Shown one piece after another: positions 18,100 to 25,764 of a stretch of DNA of 25,764 nucleotides. Position 1 is the stretch's first letter. Each line of letters opens with the position of its first letter. This stretch comes from a candidate division WOR-3 bacterium (GTDB taxonomy: Bacteria; Hydrothermota; Tepidihabitantia; SM23-42; JAOAFX01). The position numbers and the translations under genes are program-made. The stretch is taken from NCBI GenBank assembly GCA_039802265.1, contig JBDRWI010000032.1, forward strand, positions 1-25,764. Reading direction: 5' to 3'. The notes beneath the pieces were generated by a model, which did not search any database, was not told the origin of the DNA, and saw only the letters and a list, made by a program, of their open reading frames with translations.

Positions 18100-18197
18100 T
18101 GTGGATAAGTATTCATAAATTTGTTTACCGTCCATCAAAATTTACTGAAATTTCAAGATATTTACGGTTATCCACAGGTTATCCATAGTTATCCACA
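18100..18197. promoter_or_regulatory. Cluster of DnaA boxes
   Basis: TGTGGATAA 18100-18108, TTATCCACA 18168-18176, TTATCCATA 18179-18187 (1 mismatch), TTATCCACA 18189-18197. Confidence 0.75.
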
Positions 18198-19054
18198 ATC
18201 GGTACCTTCTTATCATAGAGGTCCTTGCGCCTTGCCTCAAGGAGTTCTTCTTCCTCGCCCCTGAATTTTGCAGCAGTCTGGATATTCGTCTTTTTCTTTA
18301 TATTTATTAATGGATTTATGTAAGAATGCCAGTTAAGGTCCCGGGGAAGGTGGTGGTCTACTATTATATTTTTAACTTCCGTTTCGCTAATTATCTTTTT
18401 GATGTTTTCAATTGCCCGGTCAATATCCAATTTCTTATAGTACGTCCCAAGTAGATATGTTGGTGGTCCATCAATGATTAGAATCTGTGGCTTATTTCTT
18501 ATGATAAAATCCACTGCCTCCTTATTTAAAGGTCCTTGAACATCGGAACTGAAGATAAATCCTGTGTCCTCCTCAATGTGAACAAGGACTACATATCCCA
18601 GTCGGTCGGAAACTCCATGATATACTGGTGGGGAGAATGTTATCTTCGTCTTACCAAGATTTATGCTATTGCCATCAGCAAAATTTATGGTTCGGGGATA
18701 ACCCTCAATCTTTTCAAGGAAGTAAGCGGCGCGGCTCTTTTGACTCTCATTTATAAACTCACGAGGATGTTTTATGAAAAGGTCTTTTTTCGCATAAATT
18801 TCTGGCTCATCAGGATTGTGATGGTCATAATGGTAATGGGTAACAATGACGATGTCCGAAACAAGAACCCATTTTTTTATTTCCTCCCACATTCTTCTTA
18901 AACGGTCAAGTTCAATTTTGTGCGGAGGCAGGGAATATCGGTCTGGAGAAACCCTTACACCGGGGTCAATAAATATCCTCACATCCTTGGTCTCAACATA
19001 GGTAGCCATACTTCGGGCACCCAAGGAATCAAACGCAACCGGCAGAATCTTCAT
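18179..19054 (-). CDS. Metallo-beta-lactamase-fold hydrolase, UPF0282-like
   Basis: THYHYDHH motif, FSSDVQGP, DHHLPRD. The family-typical start MKILPVAFDSLGARSMATYVET implies the ATG at 19054 rather than 19099. Confidence 0.8.
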   Translation of the reverse strand: MKILPVAFDSLGARSMATYVETKDVRIFIDPGVRVSPDRYSLPPHKIELDRLRRMWEEIKKWVLVSDIVIVTHYHYDHHNPDEPEIYAKKDLFIKHPREFINESQKSRAAYFLEKIEGYPRTINFADGNSINLGKTKITFSPPVYHGVSDRLGYVVLVHIEEDTGFIFSSDVQGPLNKEAVDFIIRNKPQILIIDGPPTYLLGTYYKKLDIDRAIENIKKIISETEVKNIIVDHHLPRDLNWHSYINPLINIKKKTNIQTAAKFRGEEEELLEARRKDLYDKKVPIVDNYG

Positions 19055-19484
19055 AATCCTTGATGATTTTAAGCCGACGCCGGTGCCGGCCACCCTCAAA
19101 CTTCGTCCTAAGAAAGGTCTCGATGATTGGTCTCCACTGTTTTTTTGATTTAATAGTCATTGCCGGCAAGACCAGAATATTTGCATCATTATGGGCACGC
19201 GCGTAATAAGCGAGCTCTTTATCGGTACAGATTGCTGCCCTAACGCCCCTTACCTTATTTGCTGCAATTGCCATACCCTGACCGCTGAAACAGGAGACGA
19301 TTCCATATTTGATTCTTCTATTTTTTACTGCCTTTGCCACCTGCAGGGCAATACTTGGATAGTCCACTGGCTCGGTATTATTCGTCCCAAAATCTACAAC
19401 CTTGTTGCCTTTTTTCTCTAAGAATTCCTTAATCGCTGATTTCAATTCAAATCCCCGATGGTCTGCACCGATGCCAAGTTTCAT
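19029..19484 (-). CDS. rpiB: Ribose-5-phosphate isomerase B
   Basis: IGADHRGFELK, VDYP, AIAANKVRGVRAA, ARAHNDANIL, FEGGRHRRRL. Confidence 0.93.
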   Translation of the reverse strand: MKLGIGADHRGFELKSAIKEFLEKKGNKVVDFGTNNTEPVDYPSIALQVAKAVKNRRIKYGIVSCFSGQGMAIAANKVRGVRAAICTDKELAYYARAHNDANILVLPAMTIKSKKQWRPIIETFLRTKFEGGRHRRRLKIIKDYEDSAGCV

Positions 19485-20408
19485 TTAACTAACCCTTGTC
19501 AACCAGTTGTGTTTGTCTTCTACCCTTCCCTCAATAACATCAAAAAAGTATTTTTGAATCTTAAGTGTAATCGGACCAGCTCGACCATCACCAATAGTAA
19601 TCTTATCAATTGACCTTATCGGTGTTACCTCAGCCGCTGACCCGGTAAAGAACACCTCATCAGAGAGGTATAAAAATTCCCGATTGAGCATCTCCTGAAC
19701 CAGTGGAATACCAAGGTCTTTGCAGATCGTTATTACGGTATCTCTGGTAATACCCGGTAAAATGCAGGCATGAAGCGGCGGGGTATAAACGACGCCATTC
19801 TTGATAGCAAAGATATTTTCGCCCGAACCTTCGCTCACATAACCGGTGTTGTCAAGGGCAATCCCCTCAACAAAGCCATAGACAATCGCCTCCATTTTAA
19901 TCAACTGGGAGTTCATATAATTAGCGCTGCACTTTGCCATTGCTGGAAATGTGTTTGGAGCCATCCGATTCCAGGAGGAAATCATTACATCAATTCCCTT
20001 TTCCAGGGCATCTGCACCTAAGTATTTACCCCATTGCAATGTGGCAATTGCCACACAGACCGGACAGGGAAATGGATTGACACCCAGTTCATTATAGCCG
20101 CGATAAACAATCGGCCGGACATAGGCCGATTTCAACTTATTTTTCTTAATCAGTTCAATGATTGCATTATTTATCTCCTCTTTGGTAAAGGGGATTTCCA
20201 TTCGATAAATCTTTGCTGAGTTGAAGAGTCTTTCGGTGTGTTCCTTCAATCGGAAAAGAAAGGAACCACGCTGGGTTTCATAGCATCTTAAACCTTCAAA
20301 GACGCCTGTTCCATAATGAATTACATGGGATAATATATGAATCTTTGCATCATCCCAATTTATAAACTTTCCATCCATCCAGATATATTCGGATTTGGGC
20401 ATTGCCAT
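19485..20408 (-). CDS. ilvE: Branched-chain amino acid aminotransferase
   Basis: HYGTGVFEGLRCY, AKCSANYMNS, EGSGENIF, LPGITR, FFTGSAAEVTPI; SD AGGAGG. Confidence 0.95.
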   Translation of the reverse strand: MAMPKSEYIWMDGKFINWDDAKIHILSHVIHYGTGVFEGLRCYETQRGSFLFRLKEHTERLFNSAKIYRMEIPFTKEEINNAIIELIKKNKLKSAYVRPIVYRGYNELGVNPFPCPVCVAIATLQWGKYLGADALEKGIDVMISSWNRMAPNTFPAMAKCSANYMNSQLIKMEAIVYGFVEGIALDNTGYVSEGSGENIFAIKNGVVYTPPLHACILPGITRDTVITICKDLGIPLVQEMLNREFLYLSDEVFFTGSAAEVTPIRSIDKITIGDGRAGPITLKIQKYFFDVIEGRVEDKHNWLTRVS

Positions 20409-20444
20409 ATTTTGCCTCCTTTTAATTAAGTGGCAATTTTTTAA

Positions 20445-20472
20445 ACTATATTTAATTTAACGCAAAAGTCAA
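20445..20472 (-). promoter_or_regulatory. Sigma70-type promoter of ilvE-rpiB-MBL
   Basis: TTGACT (20472-20467), 16 nt, TATAGT (20450-20445). Confidence 0.75.
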
Positions 20473-20482
20473 CAATAATCTT

Positions 20483-21856
20483 TTAAACAAGTAATCGGCT
20501 GTATAATTTTTTATATTCACTGGCGGAACGATTCCAGGAAAAGTCATATTTCATACAATTTTCTGATAGAGTCTCAAAGAGTGCAGAATTGCAATATATC
20601 TCGTAAGCGGTCTTTAGTGTAGCAAAGAGCGCATCCCGTGAATATACCTCAAAGAGGAAGCCATTTCCCGAAAAATCCTGGGGATTGAACTGAAAGACTG
20701 TGTCTGCAAGCCCCCCCGTTTTGTGGACAATTGGAACCGTTCCATATCTCAAACTTATCATCTGTCCCAGTCCGCAGGGCTCGTATCTTGATGGCATCAG
20801 AAAGAAATCGCTCCCTGCATAAATCCGATGTGCCAGGGTCTCGTCAAATTTGATATTCACCATAACCCGATTGGGGTATGAACGCTCAAATGTCTTTAAC
20901 TTCTGCGAATATTCTTCATCACCAAAACCTAAAAATATAAAATTGTAATTCAGGGTGATGATATCATCAAGAACTTTAATCAATATATCAAAACCCTTCT
21001 GCCCGGCAATCCGGGATACCATTCCTAATAAGGGCCTTTTGTAGTCAAGAAGGCATTCATTGGTTATGCCTATTTTGTTTACCTGCTTACCCTTATAGTC
21101 ATTGTAGCATTGATAAATTAGATTGTCCCTTTGCGGATTCCAGACTTCATAATCAATGCCATTTAAGATTCCGGTAAGTTTATTTTTCTCCTTTCTTAAA
21201 ACGCCATCCAGCCCAAAGCCATATTCCTGACTTTGTATCTCATTGGCATAGGTTGGAGAAACAGTCGTGACTGCATCGCTATATAATATCCCCGCCTTGA
21301 GTAGATTTATTCCACCATAGTATTCAATGCCTTCGGGAGTAAAATATTCAGGTTCTATACCAAGTATATTGAATTTTTCCGAACCAAACCTTCCCTGATA
21401 ACCGAGATTATGAATGGTGAAGACAGTCTTTATTTTCAATCCCGCACGTCGGATATAAAGGGGCAATAATCCGGTCTGCCAGTCGTGGCAATGGACAATG
21501 TCGGGTTTCAAAATCTCAACTAATTTTAATGCACCCTTACAGAAAAGGGTGAAGCGTTCACAGTTATCAGGGTAATCACCAGTTGGTGTGCCATAGAGTC
21601 CAGACCGGTCAAAAAAATCTGGATAGTCAATAAAGTATGCATTATCTTTTTTATAGAATTTTATCTCTTTTTCCCCGGCGATATCAATTTCGGTCTTCAG
21701 TATTTCCTCACCCTCAATCCCTCTGTACCTGGGTAATATAATGGCAGTAGAAAGACCGAGTTTTTCAAGATACTTGGGCAATGTACCGACAACATCAGCA
21801 AGACCACCAGTCTTGGCATAAGGAACCGCCTCTGATGCCACAAAGGCAATCTTCAT
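20483..21856 (-). CDS. glgA: Glycogen synthase (GT5)
   Basis: KTGGLADV, HCHDWQTG, TIHNLGYQG, PSRYEPCGLGQM, second KTGGLADTV. Confidence 0.95.
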   Translation of the reverse strand: MKIAFVASEAVPYAKTGGLADVVGTLPKYLEKLGLSTAIILPRYRGIEGEEILKTEIDIAGEKEIKFYKKDNAYFIDYPDFFDRSGLYGTPTGDYPDNCERFTLFCKGALKLVEILKPDIVHCHDWQTGLLPLYIRRAGLKIKTVFTIHNLGYQGRFGSEKFNILGIEPEYFTPEGIEYYGGINLLKAGILYSDAVTTVSPTYANEIQSQEYGFGLDGVLRKEKNKLTGILNGIDYEVWNPQRDNLIYQCYNDYKGKQVNKIGITNECLLDYKRPLLGMVSRIAGQKGFDILIKVLDDIITLNYNFIFLGFGDEEYSQKLKTFERSYPNRVMVNIKFDETLAHRIYAGSDFFLMPSRYEPCGLGQMISLRYGTVPIVHKTGGLADTVFQFNPQDFSGNGFLFEVYSRDALFATLKTAYEIYCNSALFETLSENCMKYDFSWNRSASEYKKLYSRLLV

Positions 21857-21863
21857 AAGATTT

Positions 21864-22862
21864 TCACATCACATTCTTCAGATATGCCGCAGACTCTTCA
21901 GGGGCAGTGGGGTTTATGTAAAACCCAGTTCCCCATTCAAAACCAGCAATCCTGGTGAGGACCGGGATTATTTCAATGTGATAGTGATAGAATTCTATCC
22001 CCTTTAAGGTAATTGGGGTCGTATGGATAACAAAGTTATAAGGTGGTATATTCAGCGCCTTTTTCAATCTTATCAGGCAGTCCTTTAATATATTTGCGAG
22101 GTCTTTCAATTCATTATCCGGGGTATCTTCAAAATTAGAGATATGATTGCGCGGTATTATCCAGATTTCAAACGGAAACCGTGGCGCAAACGGACAGACT
22201 GCAATGAATGTATTATTCTCATTAACAAGCCTCTTTGTTGTCTTTGTCTCCTGGGCAATGATGTCGCAGAAGATACATCGGTCACGGTATTCAAAATATC
22301 TCTTTGCGCCGTCCATCTCCTCTATGACCCTTTTGGGAATGACCGGGGTGGCAATCAACTGGGAATGGCTATGTTCTAATGAGGCTCCGGCAACAACACC
22401 AAAATTCTTGAAGATCATAACATAGCGGAGCCTGGGGTCTTTTTTCAGGTCAGCAATTCTCAGTTTATAGGTTAAGACAAGATTGTAGAATTGCTCAGCA
22501 TTGAGGTCGGCAAGGTCTAATTTGTGGTCGGGTGTTTCAATTATTACCTCATGGGCACCAATCCCGTTCATTTTGTCATATATTCCTTCGCCCCGACGAT
22601 TCAAGTCACCTTCAATACGGAGTGCAGGAAACTTGTTGGGTATGACCCTTAAAGTCCAGCCTGGAGAATTGGGTGGTGAATTTTCGCGCAGGGCATATAT
22701 CTCAGGCGGTGTGGCACCTTCATTCCCCGGACAGAAGGGACACTCCTGGGGGTTGATGTGCTTCTCCTCGGGCGCAAATTTAAAATCCTTGGGTCTCTTT
22801 GCCCTTTCTGTGGAGATAATCACCCAGCGGCCTACTACCGGGTCTTTTCTAAGTTCGGGCAT
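21864..22862 (-). CDS. galT: GalT-like HIT-family hexose-1-phosphate nucleotidyltransferase
   Basis: MPELRKDP, CPFCPGNE, NKFPAL, GAHEVIIE, GASLEHSHSQ (HxHxQ), AGFEWGTG. Confidence 0.85.
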   Translation of the reverse strand: MPELRKDPVVGRWVIISTERAKRPKDFKFAPEEKHINPQECPFCPGNEGATPPEIYALRENSPPNSPGWTLRVIPNKFPALRIEGDLNRRGEGIYDKMNGIGAHEVIIETPDHKLDLADLNAEQFYNLVLTYKLRIADLKKDPRLRYVMIFKNFGVVAGASLEHSHSQLIATPVIPKRVIEEMDGAKRYFEYRDRCIFCDIIAQETKTTKRLVNENNTFIAVCPFAPRFPFEIWIIPRNHISNFEDTPDNELKDLANILKDCLIRLKKALNIPPYNFVIHTTPITLKGIEFYHYHIEIIPVLTRIAGFEWGTGFYINPTAPEESAAYLKNVM

Positions 22863-22866
22863 TATA

Positions 22867-24903
22867 CTATTTTAGGTCAGCAGGAACTTCGGGAGCTTTT
22901 TCGGATTCAATCTTTTCTTCTTTCTTTTCTTCCTCTGGTTTTTCCTCGGGGAGCATTATTCTGATATTTGCCTCCTGCCTTATTTTCGCCAAGAATTCAT
23001 CGGCAACCTTTCGCTGTTTTTCTCTTCTGAGATTCATCTCAATTGCCTGCTTCACCTCTTCAAATGGGCGATATGTCGGTGGTGTATGCTCGGTAACAGT
23101 GATAATTGTCCAGTTAGAGTCACCAACCAGAAAAACCGGACTCAATTCATTTGGTTTCAGACGGAATGCCACATCTTCAAACTCCTTGGGTCTTATTCCT
23201 CTCTTCAAAAGCCCGACATCGCCATTTCTTGACTTTGTTCCGGCAATGGAATATTCCTTAACCAGGGAGTCAAATTTTGCAAAATCCGTAATCTTGACCT
23301 TTTTAGGAAAGATTGGTAGGAGACACGACCTCTTTCCATATAATTTTACGAGTTCCTGCCTTATCCTAATAGCCTCTTCTCTGGTTTTAACTACAATCTC
23401 CTTGGCACGAACGGTCTCAGGAATCTTCATATCCTCTTTATGTTCTTTGTAGTAATTTTCGACTTCGTTGGAATCAACAACAACGGTCTCAACTACAATC
23501 TTTGTGTATAGTGCCTGTTCCAGTGCCCTCTTCCTTGCCTCCTGAAATCTTGAAATGTATCCGTCATTCAAAAAATATTTATTCTTCTCCGCCCATTCCA
23601 ACTTCAAATCCTCCTCTATCATCGTATTTAGTATCTTCTCAAATTCCTCGGGAATGCTTAAATCTACCTGTCCAAATCTCGGCTGGGTCTTATTCCTTTT
23701 TTCAACATCACCAAGGGTAACTACCCGTCCATTTACCCGGGCAACAATCTTTTCCTTTGGTGCTGAAATTGAATCATAGGTCAAACTATCCTTATAAATC
23801 TCTACCTTTGCCTTTCCCTTCAGATTTTTTATTAACTCATTTTCAATCTTCTGGACCTTTTCTGCCTGTGCTCCGGCTTCAACCTGGGTCTTTACCTCTT
23901 CATAGGTTCGGTAACGCTCGGGCTTATGTTCGGTAACCAAAAATATCCCATATTTATTGTCAAATCTTACGATTTCAGTAAGGCTATTAACCTTTGCCTT
24001 AAATAGAACTTCCTCTACCTCTTTAGGCTTGGAGCCGCGATATACAATACCCATATTGCCACCCGAGGATTTAGTCGATGCAGTTGAATAGAGTTTTGCC
24101 AGGGTATCAAAACTTGTAAGGTCTTTTTTCAGTGAATCGTATATGAAATTCGCCAGGCTGTCAGATTCAACGATGATTTCCTTTCCCTTTATCTCTTCCT
24201 GGAGTTTATAACTCTCTTTATTTCGCTTATAATAATCACGCATCTCTTTTTCGGTCGGTTTTGCCCGGGCAACTACATCTGTAGTCCGCACCTCCTCTAA
24301 AAGGCCGGCTCTGCGGTGCTGACTTATTGATTCTTTATAGACATCCATTTCATAAACTTTATATTTTAATGCATTTGTATATAAAAGTCTTTCTAAAATC
24401 ATCTGGTCAAGAACTGAACGCTCGTCCTTTTTTCCAAATGGCGATGCCTTTGCCATCTTCTCGTCCAGTTCAAGCCTGGTGATATTATATCCATCAACCG
24501 TCGCAACTGTATCTTGATAGTTCTTCTTGAAGCAGCGTTCTACTCCGGTTAAGGCAAAAGAATCAAGGGGTGATTTTCTGAACCGGGTTGCTACAATTTC
24601 ATATTGTTTTGCAGCATTTAAGTAGTCTTCGTTCATTTCCAGAATCAGCCCCATTCGATAATGCACCCATCCGTCCTTTTGAGGATATTCGTTTAAGATG
24701 CTTTTATACATTTTTTCAGCCCTATCATAATCTGATAACTTGTCAAAATACAAGTCCCCGAGTTCAACCTTCCATTCGTATCCCTTTGTCTTTGCAATCA
24801 TTTCCTCACAATAATTTTTTGCTGCCTCATAATTTTCTTCCATTAAGAGATTTATATAATCCTGGGGTACACTCCACAAAATTAAGGCAAATGTTAAAAT
24901 CAT
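22867..24903 (-). CDS. Exported chaperone with a TPR-like N-terminus and two tandem PrsA/SurA-parvulin modules
   Basis: TPR-like repeats; two VAxV(D/N)G starts; parvulin cores FDTLAKLYS...GGNMG and FDSLVKEYS...NGDVG...FEDVAFRLKPNELSP; SD AGGAGG. Confidence 0.8.
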   Translation of the reverse strand: MILTFALILWSVPQDYINLLMEENYEAAKNYCEEMIAKTKGYEWKVELGDLYFDKLSDYDRAEKMYKSILNEYPQKDGWVHYRMGLILEMNEDYLNAAKQYEIVATRFRKSPLDSFALTGVERCFKKNYQDTVATVDGYNITRLELDEKMAKASPFGKKDERSVLDQMILERLLYTNALKYKVYEMDVYKESISQHRRAGLLEEVRTTDVVARAKPTEKEMRDYYKRNKESYKLQEEIKGKEIIVESDSLANFIYDSLKKDLTSFDTLAKLYSTASTKSSGGNMGIVYRGSKPKEVEEVLFKAKVNSLTEIVRFDNKYGIFLVTEHKPERYRTYEEVKTQVEAGAQAEKVQKIENELIKNLKGKAKVEIYKDSLTYDSISAPKEKIVARVNGRVVTLGDVEKRNKTQPRFGQVDLSIPEEFEKILNTMIEEDLKLEWAEKNKYFLNDGYISRFQEARKRALEQALYTKIVVETVVVDSNEVENYYKEHKEDMKIPETVRAKEIVVKTREEAIRIRQELVKLYGKRSCLLPIFPKKVKITDFAKFDSLVKEYSIAGTKSRNGDVGLLKRGIRPKEFEDVAFRLKPNELSPVFLVGDSNWTIITVTEHTPPTYRPFEEVKQAIEMNLRREKQRKVADEFLAKIRQEANIRIMLPEEKPEEEKKEEKIESEKAPEVPADLK

Positions 24904-24924
24904 AATGCCTCCTTTCTGGCAAAC

Positions 24925-24952
24925 ATTATATTTAAAAAATGAAAAAAGTCAA
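24925..24952 (-). promoter_or_regulatory. Sigma70-type promoter of the chaperone-galT-glgA unit
   Basis: TTGACT (24952-24947), 16 nt, TATAAT (24930-24925). Confidence 0.8.
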
Positions 24953-24983
24953 TTATCAATTACAGAAGCAATAAATTTATTAC

Positions 24984-25011
24984 TTGACGATTTCAAAAAT
25001 CTTAATATAAT
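24984..25011 (+). promoter_or_regulatory. Divergent sigma70-type promoter of the solute-binding protein gene
   Basis: TTGACG (24984-24989), 16 nt, TATAAT (25006-25011). Confidence 0.8.
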
Positions 25012-25036
25012 ATTATTGTGTAACAAGTAGGTTAAA

Positions 25037-25764
25037 ATGTTTAAGAATACCGCCGTTTTACTAATGGCAGTATTTATTTTGTTTAACTGCGACAAGAAAG
25101 AACATAAAGCAGTGCCGGGAGGTGAAGTCAGAATCGCCTGGACCGGTGGTTTGATAGGTGCTGATCCACAAAAGGATTGGGGTTGTGCTGGAGCAATGAA
25201 GATTATAAGGTGGATTTATTCGCCGTTATATTCTGCTGATAATCCAGAATTAGGTGTAGCCAAAAGTTTTTCTCATTCACCAGATTATACAGAATGGGAA
25301 TTTGTATTAAAGAAGGATTGCTGTTTTCATAATGACCCATGTTTTGATTATAACCCCCGTCGGGTGAGCGCTTATGATGTGAAATATACATACGATTTTA
25401 TGAAAAATCCAAACCCTGCATTAGAATTAGAACCGGTTAATAGAATAAAAGAAATAATCGTCATTGATTCATTCCGGATAAAATTTATTCTTAAAGAGTC
25501 CGATAAAAACTTTGTCCGGCGCCTTGACAATGAGATGGTCTATATTACCCCATCAGAAGCCAGGGAAAGATATAAAGATAATTTTTGTTTCCATCCGGTT
25601 GGGTCAGGTCCATTCTGTTTTGAATTCTGGAATGAAAAAGAGCTCACTTTGATAAAAAACAGGAAATACTATGTAAAAGATAAATGGGGTAAAAATCTTC
25701 CATATTTAGATAAAATTGTGATTAAATTTTTCGGTGATATTAATCAGTGTATAAATGCATTATT
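25037..25764 (+). CDS. ABC transporter substrate-binding lipoprotein, family 5 (OppA/DppA-like); 3'-truncated and absent from the ORF track
   Basis: Manual translation: MFKNTAVLLMAVFILFNC (lipobox)...TEWEFVLKKDCCFHNDPCF...VSAYDVKYT...HPVGSGPF...LIKNRKYY...LPYLDKIVI; open to the window end. Confidence 0.88.
   Translation, partial: MFKNTAVLLMAVFILFNCDKKEHKAVPGGEVRIAWTGGLIGADPQKDWGCAGAMKIIRWIYSPLYSADNPELGVAKSFSHSPDYTEWEFVLKKDCCFHNDPCFDYNPRRVSAYDVKYTYDFMKNPNPALELEPVNRIKEIIVIDSFRIKFILKESDKNFVRRLDNEMVYITPSEARERYKDNFCFHPVGSGPFCFEFWNEKELTLIKNRKYYVKDKWGKNLPYLDKIVIKFFGDINQCINAL

Noticed and set aside
18079..18106. Possible dif site (minus strand TTATGTTGAAC resembles a XerD arm)
   Set aside because: No XerC arm ending in ATAA at the required 6-bp spacing.
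19055..19099. ORF-track N-terminal extension of the MBL gene
   Set aside because: It lies wholly inside rpiB, and the family-like sequence begins at ATG 19054.
1878..25391. Numerous short antisense or nested ORFs in the ORF track
   Set aside because: They are shadows of well-supported genes on the opposite strand or in other frames, with no motifs or initiation signals.

Overview
AT-rich bacterial chromosomal window of mostly housekeeping genes, read with the standard genetic code. A diderm lineage such as candidate division WOR-3 is suggested by the outer-membrane barrel, lipoproteins and a T9SS/FlgD-like C-terminal domain, but this is inference only. Gene order: 5'-truncated beta-barrel protein, fur, feoA-feoB fusion (+); a 680-bp palindrome-rich convergent spacer; HD-hydrolase-glyQ-glyS-aspS (-); a KP-43-like S8 protease with a long structured leader (+); a run on the - strand of Lrp/AsnC-like regulator, M23 peptidase, deoD, rubredoxin, VanZ-like protein and hisS; MoxR ATPase; ilvE-rpiB-UPF0282-like MBL hydrolase; tandem-parvulin chaperone-galT-like-glgA (-); and a 3'-truncated family 5 solute-binding lipoprotein (+). 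No tRNA, rRNA, CRISPR array or transposase was seen. The most notable signals are non-coding or translational. (1) A phased cluster of DnaA boxes at 18100-18197 with no dnaA nearby. (2) aspS has no ATG/GTG/TTG upstream of its conserved N-terminus and appears to start at an ATT codon. (3) All seven recognisable sigma70-type promoters have a 16-nt spacer rather than 17, and three appear leaderless. (4) Several candidate structured RNAs or REP-like elements lie at 3529-4060 and 9597-9882. I did not find a clearly new multi-gene system.
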